NCBI GenBank assembly: GCA_002308995.1
Contig: DBWQ01000009.1
Location: forward strand, 12,852 to 76,851
Length of the DNA: 64,000 bases
Direction of reading: 5' to 3'
From: Clostridiales bacterium UBA1234
Lineage (GTDB): Bacteria; Bacillota; Clostridia; TANB77; UBA1234
Position 1 is the stretch's first letter. Every line of letters starts with the position of its first letter. A program made the position numbers and the translations under genes. This document shows, piece by piece, positions 10,519 to 19,746 of the stretch. The notes beneath the pieces were generated by a model, which was not told the origin of the DNA, made no database searches, and saw only the letters and a program-made list of their open reading frames with translations.

Positions 10519-10610
10519 AAAAGGTATGATATCCTTGTACTTCAAAAAGAAAGGAGGAAAACGTCATTTAACACAAGAAAACAAGGAGGAAGAATAGTGA
10601 TAGGAAAAAT

Positions 10611-10636
10611 GGAGCACAAAGTGCTCCATTTTTTTA
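10611..10636 (+). terminator. Rho-independent terminator.
   Basis: GGAGCAC aaa GTGCTCC followed by TTTTTTT. Confidence 0.6.
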
Positions 10637-10650
10637 GGATTAGCATAATT

Positions 10651-10680
10651 GCAATAGTGATACTTCTTTGATATAATAGC
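10651..10680 (+). promoter_or_regulatory. Sigma-A promoter with an extended -10 (TGATATAAT) for the PAP2 gene.
   Basis: TTGCAA, a 17-nt spacer, then TGATATAAT, about 40 nt upstream of the ATG at 10716. Confidence 0.5.
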
Positions 10681-10715
10681 CTCATATTTAGCCAAGGAAA
10701 AATAGGAGAAGAAAC

Positions 10716-11342
10716 ATGGAAACAATAAAAGAATTCTGGAAAAAGAACCATAGAAGCATTATTTTAGGAAGTTGTCTTTTTGTTTTAATCTTGCTCATCA
10801 TAGTGGTAAAAACAAATGCGGTAGAGGCATTCGATAAAGCATGTTATGAAGCTATATCAAGTCATATTTCAGAAGGAAATACGAAACTAGTCAAATGCAT
10901 TACCAATTTTGCTAATGCTTACTTTTTAATAGGATTATCACTTATTTTACTACTATGCATCAAAGACAAAATGATTGGAATGAGCATTTTTACCAATTTA
11001 GCATTATCATTTTTCACCAATTTTATCTTAAAACTTATCATGCACAGACCAAGACCAATGGAATATCAATTGGTGGAAGAGGGAGGATATAGCTTTCCTT
11101 CTGGTCATTCCATGGTTAGCATGGCGTTTTATGGATTTTTAATTTATTTGATTTTCAAAAACGTGCAAAACAAACATGTAAAACGCGTGTCAATTGCGTT
11201 GCTAAGCATACTGATTTTGTGCATAGGAACCACGAGAGTATATTTGGGAGTGCACTATGCCAGCGATGTGTTGGCAGGGTTTATGCTAGGAATTGCGTAT
11301 TTAGTGGTATTTACTTGGGGTTGGAAGAAGGCGTTAAAATAG
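10716..11342 (+). CDS. PAP2-family phosphatase (phosphatidic acid / undecaprenyl-diphosphate phosphatase-like).
   Basis: KLIMHRPRP ... SFPSGHS ... TRVYLGVHYASDV are PAP2 motifs 1 to 3. Multiple TM helices. Confidence 0.85.
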   Translation: METIKEFWKKNHRSIILGSCLFVLILLIIVVKTNAVEAFDKACYEAISSHISEGNTKLVKCITNFANAYFLIGLSLILLLCIKDKMIGMSIFTNLALSFFTNFILKLIMHRPRPMEYQLVEEGGYSFPSGHSMVSMAFYGFLIYLIFKNVQNKHVKRVSIALLSILILCIGTTRVYLGVHYASDVLAGFMLGIAYLVVFTWGWKKALK

Positions 11343-11366
11343 AAGTGGTGAAAGGAGGAATCAAAG

Positions 11367-11636
11367 ATGGAATATCGATACACACCAAACGGAGTATGTT
11401 CACAGGAAATGATTTTTGAAATAGACGAAGATGACATCATTCAAGATTTTCAAGTCATTGGCGGGTGTAATGGTAATTTAAAAGGCATTAGTCACCTGTT
11501 AAAAGGCATGAAAGTAGAAGATGTCATTGCAAAACTATCTGGTATTTTATGTGGCAGAAGAGCTACTTCTTGCCCAGACCAAATTGCCAAAGCACTTACC
11601 AAATACCAAGAAAGTAAAGCAAAAATCAGTGAGTGA
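11367..11636 (+). CDS. TSCPD-domain small protein (TIGR03905-like).
   Basis: GGCNGNLKGISHLLKGM...ILCGRRATSCPDQIAKAL carries the TSCPD motif. Confidence 0.7.
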   Translation: MEYRYTPNGVCSQEMIFEIDEDDIIQDFQVIGGCNGNLKGISHLLKGMKVEDVIAKLSGILCGRRATSCPDQIAKALTKYQESKAKISE

Positions 11637-11661
11637 GAGATTTTGAAAACACCAAGAAAGG

Positions 11662-12423
11662 GTGAATATGATGAAACAAACACTTACCATACCAAGTAGA
11701 ATCGATGATATCGAAATAGACATAGGTATTCCAGAAAACTGGGATGAGCAAAAGATGATGATTTTACATCATGGGTTTAATAGTGGAAAAAGTGGTGGAA
11801 CATACACCACGATAGGGGATAAGCTTTTAGAAAAAGGCATTGCTTATGCCAAGTTTTCGCTTCCGTATCATGCAGAGCGAAGACATGATGACCACGATTT
11901 TACCTTGGCCAATTGCTTAGAAGATTGTAATCTAGTAGAAAAAGCCGTGCGCGAAACATTTCCTCAAACACAAATTGGCATCGTTGGAAGAAGCTTTGGA
12001 GGGTATTTAACACTTCTTCGATTAAAAGAAGCACATCAACCATATTTTAAAGTGTTGTTATTATCTCCCGCCATTTATATGGCAGAGGTGTTTAAAAATA
12101 CACTAGCAGGTGATGCATTTGAAACATTTAAAGCACAAGGGTATGGAACTTTTCAAAACAAAGAAAATCCGATGATTATTCATTATGAACTGTATCAAGA
12201 ATTAGAAAATAACTCTATTTCTACGTTAGGAATATATGAAGACGCGATGACGATTTTCCATGGTACACAAGATGATACCGTTCCTTATAGTGATAGCGAA
12301 GAGTTTGTAAAAAATAATCCTAATACCACCCTTATCCCACTAGAAAATGAAACGCATAGGTATTCAGAAGAGGGATTATTAAAACTTTGTGAAGATATGA
12401 TTTGTTTCATCAAAAACTCATAA
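11662..12423 (+). CDS. Alpha/beta hydrolase (esterase/lipase-like).
   Basis: GRSFGG (GxSxG nucleophile elbow) and a length typical of the fold. Confidence 0.7.
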   Translation: MNMMKQTLTIPSRIDDIEIDIGIPENWDEQKMMILHHGFNSGKSGGTYTTIGDKLLEKGIAYAKFSLPYHAERRHDDHDFTLANCLEDCNLVEKAVRETFPQTQIGIVGRSFGGYLTLLRLKEAHQPYFKVLLLSPAIYMAEVFKNTLAGDAFETFKAQGYGTFQNKENPMIIHYELYQELENNSISTLGIYEDAMTIFHGTQDDTVPYSDSEEFVKNNPNTTLIPLENETHRYSEEGLLKLCEDMICFIKNS

Positions 12424-12437
12424 ATTAAAAAAGGAGA

Positions 12438-13193
12438 ATGACTATGAAAAAAATAATTTTTGGAATAGTGGCACTTACCAGCATACTTGCCCTTACAGGG
12501 TGTTTTCAAAAAGAAGCTGAGCCAACAGTAGCAAGAAATCCAGTAGAAATGAATGAAGTAGTTCCGTCAAATGAAGAAGAAACAAGCGAAACTGCTCTAT
12601 CAGCAATTAGAGAAAAGTTAAAAGATGAAGTTTGGGTAAAAGAAAATTTGTATCTTCAAAAAACTTGTTTTGGCGAAGAGGTAGCAGATGATTCTCAAAC
12701 AATCACCTTTAAAAAAGTTGGCAAAGATAAGGTGATTGTAGAAGCCTACGCATATGACGAAGCTTTTGGGATAGCTTGCACTCTTTTAACATATCAAGAT
12801 GGTAAGGTAGTAACCTATGGAAATCCAAGCGTAGAAGAGCCTGCTCATCCTGGCCATATGGGATTTGGTGTTATTCCAGAAGATGAACTATTTGTGGCAG
12901 CCTATATGCATATGGGGTATTATGATGACACCATTTATCAAATAAAAGATCATACGATGGTACAACTAGCAGATTTTAGAGCAAATGAGAGTGATGAGCA
13001 AGGGATACTTTTAGAAAACGAAGAGGGAGAGCCAGTGGTAGAGTATACCATTACCAAAGGAGAAAAGGAAGAAAAAGGTACTACCACTTTTGATGAATTT
13101 GAACAAATGTATTTTGATTATTTAGGCGGAAAAGAAATAGAAGGAATTGATATTCCGCTAACGGATGAAAATGTGGAGGAGTATGTGAGGTAA
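12438..13193 (+). CDS. Lipoprotein, function unknown.
   Basis: Signal peptide with lipobox LTGC. AAGGAG ribosome-binding site. Confidence 0.6.
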   Translation: MTMKKIIFGIVALTSILALTGCFQKEAEPTVARNPVEMNEVVPSNEEETSETALSAIREKLKDEVWVKENLYLQKTCFGEEVADDSQTITFKKVGKDKVIVEAYAYDEAFGIACTLLTYQDGKVVTYGNPSVEEPAHPGHMGFGVIPEDELFVAAYMHMGYYDDTIYQIKDHTMVQLADFRANESDEQGILLENEEGEPVVEYTITKGEKEEKGTTTFDEFEQMYFDYLGGKEIEGIDIPLTDENVEEYVR

Positions 13194-13433
13194 AAAAATG
13201 AGAAAAGTAATACTGATGAAGCACTAAGACAAAAATTAATGGCATTTCGTAAGGCTAGATGCAAAGAGAAAAACATCCCTGCTTATTATATTTTTAAAAA
13301 TGATGAATTGGAGAATCTTGTTAAGTTGAAACCTAAAACAATAGAAGAATTAAAAAAGTTGAAAATATTAGATGATGTTAAGATAAAATGTCATGGAGAA
13401 GAGATTATTAAAATGATTAATAGTAAAGAATAA
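13194..13433 (+). CDS. Stand-alone HRDC-like domain mini-protein (possible fragment of a RecQ/RNase D-type gene).
   Basis: ALRQKLMAFRKARCKEKNIPAYYIFKNDELENLVKLKPKTIEELKKL..GEEIIKMI matches the HRDC consensus (..PayvIfsd.tL.ema...P.t.eeL..i.G). The ORF track starts at ATG 13239. The frame is open from the stop codon of the upstream gene. Confidence 0.35.
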   Translation, partial: KNEKSNTDEALRQKLMAFRKARCKEKNIPAYYIFKNDELENLVKLKPKTIEELKKLKILDDVKIKCHGEEIIKMINSKE

Positions 13434-13445
13434 TGAAAGCCCGCA

Positions 13446-13495
13446 AGAACGTTTATGATTTGTTCAAATAACGCAAAATCATAGACGTTCTTATG
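13446..13495 (+). promoter_or_regulatory. 16-bp inverted repeat (candidate operator, or terminator of the HRDC ORF) immediately upstream of an extended -10 promoter for the flavin reductase gene.
   Basis: AAGAACGTTTATGATT-N16-AATCATAGACGTTCTT (one mismatch) ends 9 nt before TGATATAAT at 13503-13511. Confidence 0.4.
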
Positions 13496-13528
13496 GTTTC
13501 GTGATATAATCATGCCAAAGGAGGAATT

Positions 13529-14083
13529 ATGATGAAAAAAGAATTAAAAATTGCGCCTGGTATTTTTCCAATGCCAGTGTTAATTATTGCAACATATAAT
13601 GAGGATGGTACGGTAAATGTAATGAATGCAGCGTGGGGAATGGCTCAAGAAATGAATCAACTAAAACTTTGTTTATCGGAAACACATAAAACTTTTGAAA
13701 ATTTAAAAAGAACCAAAGCTTGCACGGTAGCACTTGGCACCAAAGATTTAATGGTTGAATCAGATTATTTTGGCATTACTTCAGGAAATACGGTAAAAGA
13801 TAAATTTGCCAAAACAAATTTACATGCTACTAAATCAAGTAAAGTTGAGGCACCTATCATTGAAGAATATCCAATTTGCATGGAGTGTAAGGTGCTTGGC
13901 TTTGAAGATGATGGTACTTTAGTAGAAGTAGTTGGTGTATCAGCAGAAGAACAATATGTGGGAGCTGATGGTGCTATTAATTTAACTGATATGGGAATTC
14001 TTTCATTTGATCCATATAACAACCAATACTATGTAGTTGGCGAAAAAGTGGGAAAAGCATTCGAAGAGGGAAGAAAACTATAG
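13529..14083 (+). CDS. Flavin reductase-like FMN-binding domain protein.
   Basis: PMPVLIIATYNEDGTVNVMNAAWGM is typical of the flavin reductase-like domain family. Confidence 0.7.
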   Translation: MMKKELKIAPGIFPMPVLIIATYNEDGTVNVMNAAWGMAQEMNQLKLCLSETHKTFENLKRTKACTVALGTKDLMVESDYFGITSGNTVKDKFAKTNLHATKSSKVEAPIIEEYPICMECKVLGFEDDGTLVEVVGVSAEEQYVGADGAINLTDMGILSFDPYNNQYYVVGEKVGKAFEEGRKL

Positions 14084-14096
14084 ACTTTGAAGAATG

Positions 14097-14131
14097 GTAA
14101 GACTTGGGCAATCCCCAAGTCTTACTTTTTA
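14097..14131 (+). terminator. Rho-independent terminator.
   Basis: GTAAGACTTGGG caat CCCAAGTCTTAC followed by TTTTT. Confidence 0.7.
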
Positions 14132-14232
14132 CCTTTTTTCTTTGAAACGTTCACAAAACGTCCACATTTTCTAGGTATACTAAGAATAGTACATGAGGTG
14201 ACGTCCCTCGTGTTACGATAAAAGGAGGAGTT

Positions 14233-14937
14233 ATGAAGAAAGTTTTTCGAAATGAATGGAAATACCTGCTTTCAAATCAACAACTGTCGGAGCTAAAAAG
14301 TAGGGTGTCACAAGTGCTAGAGCTTGACCCACACACCCCGCCAAATGGAAGCTATTTGATTCATTCCTTGTATTTTGATGACCACCAAAACACATCATTA
14401 AAAACAACCAATTCTGGTTTATCCAAGCGCTTTAAATGGCGTATTCGCTACTATGGTGATGATTTAAGCTATATGGTTTTGGAAAAGAAGGAAAAGCTAG
14501 AAGGCAGAGGCAATAAAAAATCGTGTCGCTTAACGATTGATGAGTATACGGCAATTACTTCTGGGAATGTTTTAAATATCGCGTACGATACGGAAAAGCC
14601 TCTGATAAAAGAACTTGCGGCAGATATGCTTATGCATCATTACCATCCACAAATCATCATAGATTACGAACGTATTGCTTATGTAGAGCCCATTACCAAT
14701 GTGCGTATCACCTTTGATACCAAGATTTCTGCATCATACGAACTCGATAAATTCTTGGAGGGTGATTACTTAAAATTTTATGTAATGCCAAGTGGGATGA
14801 ATTTATTAGAAGTTAAATTTGACGATATTTTGCCATCGCATATTAGGCATTTGGTGGAGTCATATGGCTACAAGCAAACGTCATTTTCCAAGTACATGTA
14901 TGGAAGAAAAATTTTAAACAATTATATGAATATATAA
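14233..14937 (+). CDS. VTC-domain (CYTH-like, polyphosphate-polymerase-domain) protein.
   Basis: EWKYLLSNQQL...YLIHSLYFDD...RIRYYGDD..MVLEKKEK..GRGNKKSCRL matches the bacterial VTC domain pattern. Confidence 0.65.
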   Translation: MKKVFRNEWKYLLSNQQLSELKSRVSQVLELDPHTPPNGSYLIHSLYFDDHQNTSLKTTNSGLSKRFKWRIRYYGDDLSYMVLEKKEKLEGRGNKKSCRLTIDEYTAITSGNVLNIAYDTEKPLIKELAADMLMHHYHPQIIIDYERIAYVEPITNVRITFDTKISASYELDKFLEGDYLKFYVMPSGMNLLEVKFDDILPSHIRHLVESYGYKQTSFSKYMYGRKILNNYMNI

Positions 14938-15087
14938 AAACCAAGTTTTGTCAAATGTGGTATATGACAAGGAACCTAGAACTTTCAAACCGGAGGCGTG
15001 CTTAGTGCACGTTGAGGATTTGAAAAGTTCGTAGTGACGAAGTAAGATGCCATATTTCACAAAACTGATAGAAAGGAAAAAAGAAAA

Positions 15088-15750
15088 ATGTCAAACTTTT
15101 TAGAAAATTTAATGAGTACCTATTCCAGTGAAAGTATTACTACCACTACAATTGTTACCATGCTTTTGATGGTAGGCTTTTTAGCAGTGTATGAATTTTT
15201 AGTATATCGTTTTGTATCGCACAGGTCATTTTACAACAAATCATTTAACATTACGGTGGCAGTTTTGCCATTCTTTATTGCAGCCATTATTCTATGCTTG
15301 CAATCGAATGTGGTTATCACGCTTGGTACGATTGGTGCGCTTGCTATCATTCGTTTTAGAACGGCTGTGAAGGATCCGGTGGATATGATGTATCTACTTT
15401 GGAGTGTGTTTATTGGTATTATTTGTGGATGCCAATTATACGAAGTAGGCATTTTAACCAGCATTGTAGTAACGCTTGTGCTTTTACTTCTTGAGAATGT
15501 AGCATTTGGCCGTAAGCCTTATGTGCTTATTTTACATAGCGAGAAAGATATCGAAGAAGAGCTTACTAAACTATTTGATGCGAAAAAGATTAGTTATCGA
15601 TTCAAATCAAGAAACTTTACTTCTAAAGGCTTTGATTATGCCGTTGAGTTTACTTACAAAGATGTGAAAGAATTGAACCAAGAATTATCTAAAAACGAAA
15701 GGGTTAGCAAATATTCGATTATCGAATATGATGCTGATGATATTGTTTAA
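15088..15750 (+). CDS. DUF4956-family membrane protein.
   Basis: Four TM helices and the conserved ALAIIRFRTAVKDP motif. It is the usual partner of VTC-domain genes. Confidence 0.65.
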   Translation: MSNFLENLMSTYSSESITTTTIVTMLLMVGFLAVYEFLVYRFVSHRSFYNKSFNITVAVLPFFIAAIILCLQSNVVITLGTIGALAIIRFRTAVKDPVDMMYLLWSVFIGIICGCQLYEVGILTSIVVTLVLLLLENVAFGRKPYVLILHSEKDIEEELTKLFDAKKISYRFKSRNFTSKGFDYAVEFTYKDVKELNQELSKNERVSKYSIIEYDADDIV

Positions 15751-15751
15751 T

Positions 15752-16576
15752 ATGAATAGAAAAATAGTTTTAGGATTCATTATTTGTTTTACAGCGATGG
15801 GAATCTTCATGACGCTAAAGTTTAATCAGGCAACTGGGTTTAGTAAATTAAATATTTCTGAGGATACGTGGAATGAGATTATATCTAGCCGAAGCGAAAA
15901 TGGTATCTCGTTTAGTAGCCTAAAATTCAACGATTATGATTTGGTCATTGATGATACCAATAGCAAATTATATTATTCGGTAGTGCAGAGTAGTCCAAAT
16001 AAATTCACACCGCAGGTTAGCTTCTTGGCAAGTGCGGCTAATGCCAAAATGGCGATTTTAGAGGACGAAATCACGGAGGATAAAATTCAAAACAACCATG
16101 CATTCCAGGTGCTTTTGTATAACGAAGAGGCATATCATATTTATCGTTTATACTGCACGAGTTTTCCTATGTTAAACATTGTGTATAGCGAGCAGGATAA
16201 GACGGATAATTTTAATATTCCAATGAGCATGTATTTATTTAATAACCAAGATAATGGCATTAATCGAATTGCTCGTTCTGATGGGACTCTTAATATGGTG
16301 GAGATGGAAGATGGTACCACCAATTACAGATTTTCGCTTACGATGACTACCACTGGCAATAACGAAAGGGATAATGTGATTTCGCTTCTTAATATGAGGC
16401 AAAGTAATGAGTACTTTTTGAATGCCATTCATATGGGGGAAAACTTGGGTAATCGTCCCATGAATAGGCAAGAGGATAATCATCAAAGAGTAGAACTCTT
16501 TGTGAATCATGAATATATTGGCCTTTATTCAATAAGTTACAACCCAGATATTAGGATAAGGCCTAGAAATCGATAA
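15752..16576 (+). CDS. Hypothetical membrane-anchored protein, possibly CotH-related (low confidence).
   Basis: N-terminal TM helix. The CotH call rests only on its position after VTC and DUF4956; no kinase motif could be verified by eye. Start chosen at the ATG after the DUF4956 stop (ORF track starts at 15728). Confidence 0.4.
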   Translation: MNRKIVLGFIICFTAMGIFMTLKFNQATGFSKLNISEDTWNEIISSRSENGISFSSLKFNDYDLVIDDTNSKLYYSVVQSSPNKFTPQVSFLASAANAKMAILEDEITEDKIQNNHAFQVLLYNEEAYHIYRLYCTSFPMLNIVYSEQDKTDNFNIPMSMYLFNNQDNGINRIARSDGTLNMVEMEDGTTNYRFSLTMTTTGNNERDNVISLLNMRQSNEYFLNAIHMGENLGNRPMNRQEDNHQRVELFVNHEYIGLYSISYNPDIRIRPRNR

Positions 16577-16581
16577 GGAAG

Positions 16582-18027
16582 GTGAAAAAGATGGATAAGA
16601 AAAAAATAATCATTATGGCAGTAGTGCTGATTGCCATATTAATTGCATTAGTAGCAGGAACAGAAAGCTTTCGCAGTAGCACATCATCAGAAACTGTGCA
16701 AAATAATACAGGCACAACTAGCAAAAATGGAAGTACGGAAAGTACTACAATTAGTACTACAACAGTGGCAAATGCCAAAATCAATGCATCAGATATTTTT
16801 ACAACAAGAGACTTAAAGCAAGAAGCAGATTTGACGGGTGCTACTAAGTATACAGTAAGCGATAACACGGATATTGAAATTAACAAAGAGGGTGTATATG
16901 TTATCTCTGGAAGTGCAAAAAATGCTACCATCAATGTCACGGCAGGTGAGGAAGATAAAGTGCAATTGGTACTAGATCATGTAACAATAGAAAACCAAGA
17001 TAAGGAATGCATTCATGTAGAAACCGCAGACAAAGTATTTGTAACCACTAGTGCGCAAAGTAGTTTAACATACAAGACAACCGATGTTGAAAATGCAACT
17101 GGTGCCATTCTTTCAAGAAGTGATTTAATCTTAAATGGAACTAGCACGTTAACGATTAATTCTGAGAACAATGGTATTGTTGGAAAAGATGATGTCAAAA
17201 TTACGGGTGGAACCTACAACATTACCACAAGCAAAAATGCGATTCGTGCGAATGATTCGATTGCAATAGCAGAGGGAACGTTAACCTTAAAAGCTGGCAC
17301 AGATGGACTTCATGCCGAAAACAACGATGATGATACCAAAGGTTATATTTATGTAGGTAGTGGCACTATCAATATTAATGCAGCAGACGATGCGATTCAT
17401 GCGGTATCAGTGGTACAAATCGATGGTGGAACAATTGATATCACGGCAGCAGAAGGCGTGGAAGGAACGTATATTCAAATCAATGATGGTACTATCTCGA
17501 TGAAAGCAACCGATGATGGAATTAATGCAGCAAGAAAATCTACTGCGTATACGCCAACTGTTGAAATCAATGGTGGCAGTATTAAAATTGATATGGGGCA
17601 AGGAGATACTGATGGTATTGATTCCAATGGTGATATTATTGTTAATGGTGGAACCATTGAAGTAACAGGAAACTCCACATTTGATTATGACGGCAAAGCA
17701 GAAAAAAATGGTGGAACGATTATTATTAATGGAGTAGAAACGGATACCATTCCTAACCAGATGATGGGTGGTGGTATGCGTGGTGGTAGAGGCCAAATGT
17801 TTCAGCAAGGTGCTGATGGAACTACGATGCCAAATGATTTGGGAGGCGGTGAATTTCCCAGGGATATGAGTGGTGATTTTGGTGGCATGCGCGGAGGTAG
17901 AGGTTTTCGTCAAGAAAATATGGAAAACTTGAATGGAGAGTTTCCACCTGAGTTTAATGGACAAAAACCAATGAAAGGAAATAGACAGCAAACTACAGAA
18001 CAAACAAGTGAGGAAAATGTCATTTAA
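16582..18027 (+). CDS. Membrane-anchored right-handed beta-helix protein (carbohydrate-binding, Cthe_2159-like) with a Gly/Arg/Met-rich C-terminal tail.
   Basis: N-terminal TM helix, repetitive beta-helix rungs (xINGGTIxIT / DDAIHA repeats), and a GGGMRGGRG tail. Confidence 0.6.
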   Translation: MKKMDKKKIIIMAVVLIAILIALVAGTESFRSSTSSETVQNNTGTTSKNGSTESTTISTTTVANAKINASDIFTTRDLKQEADLTGATKYTVSDNTDIEINKEGVYVISGSAKNATINVTAGEEDKVQLVLDHVTIENQDKECIHVETADKVFVTTSAQSSLTYKTTDVENATGAILSRSDLILNGTSTLTINSENNGIVGKDDVKITGGTYNITTSKNAIRANDSIAIAEGTLTLKAGTDGLHAENNDDDTKGYIYVGSGTININAADDAIHAVSVVQIDGGTIDITAAEGVEGTYIQINDGTISMKATDDGINAARKSTAYTPTVEINGGSIKIDMGQGDTDGIDSNGDIIVNGGTIEVTGNSTFDYDGKAEKNGGTIIINGVETDTIPNQMMGGGMRGGRGQMFQQGADGTTMPNDLGGGEFPRDMSGDFGGMRGGRGFRQENMENLNGEFPPEFNGQKPMKGNRQQTTEQTSEENVI

Positions 18028-18037
18028 TCAGATAAAA

Positions 18038-18072
18038 AAAGACAAGAAGGGGTAACCTTTCTTGTCTTTTTT
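18038..18072 (+). terminator. Rho-independent terminator.
   Basis: AAGACAAGAAGG ggtaacc TTTCTTGTCTTTTTT. Confidence 0.7.
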
Positions 18073-18131
18073 CTTGTAGTATGCACCCATTACTGGTATA
18101 ATGAAATCGAAACAAAAAGGGGGAGTTTTTT

Positions 18132-19589
18132 ATGAAAATGGCACAGAAAGTTGTTTTTCTACTTACACTTGTAATGGCTATTTCAGCATTTTCGGTTTGC
18201 TTGGCAGCGGATAAAGTGATTAGACAAATCAAAGTTACCGTTCCGCCTGTTACGATTGGTGGCGCGAGAATTGAATCAGGTGAGATTAAAATTTCAAATA
18301 GCGGTAAGCATGCAGGTTCTACGTGGGTAAACCGCTCAGAACACAGGTTTATGGTGGATACTGAAACGTATGAAGAGGGAGTAGAGTACGAGCTTAGATT
18401 ATTTTTTGTTCCTGCAGATGGCTGTACTTTTGAAGATACGCCTAATGTCATTTTGAATGGAGAATCGGTTAAAGCAGAAAAGGTTGCAGAGCCAAATCAG
18501 TATAAGATTATTAAAGTGTTTACCCCTGTAGAGAAGGGTAGTGTAACACAAGAAGTAGAAGAGCCTGAAGAACAAGAGGAAGAAGAGGAAGAAGAACCAA
18601 AAGAAGCGCAAAGATTCTTAGAGTGGATGAAAATAAAGATTGAGGAACCTGTATCAGGGGAAGAATTACCTATCACGTACCAAATTAAAACCAATTTTGA
18701 TGAGAAGTATATCACCTATCGATTTTGCAAGCAAGAAGGTACCGTTTGCAAATGGAGTCCAGAAACAAGATATGTTCTTAACGAGCAAGAGTATAAATTT
18801 GGGTTTCAATTTAATATCAAAGCCTATAAAGCAGAATTAGCAGAGGATTTTAAAACTAGCATCAATGGGGAAGAAGTAGACTGGGAACGACACCATGAGG
18901 ATTTTGTTTCTTTCGGTACCGTAATTCCTGTCATTGGAAAAGTTTCTGAGGCAACTCCAACCCCTACTCCAACTCCAACACCTACCCCAACTCCAACCAC
19001 AACAAAAGAAAACGTAGAAGAAACAACAGAGGCACCAAAGAAAGTTACTTGGACCAAAGCTTCTAAATGGGCAGTGGAGGAGCTAAACAAAGCAAACGAA
19101 AAAGAATTAATTCCATCTGTATTTGAGCAAGTTGATTTAACCACCAATATTACTAGAAGAGAATTTGCACATGTAGTGGTAAAACTATATGAAAATCTTT
19201 CTGGTAGGGAAGTGCCAACCAACACAGATAACCCATTTAGCGATACGGATGATGAAGAGGTGCTTAAGGCATACCAGTTGGAAATCACCAAAGGCGTATC
19301 GGAGCACAGCTTTTCACCAGATGCCAAAATAACTAGAGAGCAAATGGCAACCATGCTTGCAAGAACCTTAGAAAAAGCAGGAATTGATACGACGGTAGAT
19401 TTAGCAAATGTAACCAAGTTTGCAGATGATGCCCAAATGCATGATTGGGGAAGAGAGGCTATTTACTACATGGCTAGCATTGATTTAATTAAGGGGGTAG
19501 GCAATAACAATTTTGGTGTTGTTGGCGATGCTTCGAAAGAGCAATCGATTGTCATTAGTGTAAGAAGTGCCAATCAGTTTGCTAAATAA
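18132..19589 (+). CDS. Secreted SLH-domain protein with a Glu-rich segment and a (TP)n linker.
   Basis: Signal peptide, EEQEEEEEEE, TPTPTPTPTPTP, and a C-terminal SLH triplet homologous to 8506-9540 and 22995-25007. Confidence 0.8.
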   Translation: MKMAQKVVFLLTLVMAISAFSVCLAADKVIRQIKVTVPPVTIGGARIESGEIKISNSGKHAGSTWVNRSEHRFMVDTETYEEGVEYELRLFFVPADGCTFEDTPNVILNGESVKAEKVAEPNQYKIIKVFTPVEKGSVTQEVEEPEEQEEEEEEEPKEAQRFLEWMKIKIEEPVSGEELPITYQIKTNFDEKYITYRFCKQEGTVCKWSPETRYVLNEQEYKFGFQFNIKAYKAELAEDFKTSINGEEVDWERHHEDFVSFGTVIPVIGKVSEATPTPTPTPTPTPTPTTTKENVEETTEAPKKVTWTKASKWAVEELNKANEKELIPSVFEQVDLTTNITRREFAHVVVKLYENLSGREVPTNTDNPFSDTDDEEVLKAYQLEITKGVSEHSFSPDAKITREQMATMLARTLEKAGIDTTVDLANVTKFADDAQMHDWGREAIYYMASIDLIKGVGNNNFGVVGDASKEQSIVISVRSANQFAK

Positions 19590-19593
19590 AACA

Positions 19594-19627
19594 AAAAATC
19601 TCATGTGAGTTCACATGAGATTTTTTG
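19594..19627 (+). terminator. Rho-independent terminator (perfect palindrome).
   Basis: AAAAATCTCATGTGA gt TCACATGAGATTTTTT. Confidence 0.75.
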
Positions 19628-19746
19628 CTTAAATAGCCTACTAAAAACGCGCACTTCAATTGACAGGAACCTTAAGAAAGAATATACTAAATACTATAGT
19701 AGGGGGTGCTGTATGGAAATTGATCAATTAAAAGAAAGTCAAGACC

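Noticed and set aside
17407-18003. 198-aa antisense ORF inside the beta-helix gene (and the similar antisense ORFs 18824-19417, 24587-24880 and 30300-30671).
   Set aside because: These are low-complexity mirror translations of repetitive or low-complexity sense genes, with no ribosome-binding sites.
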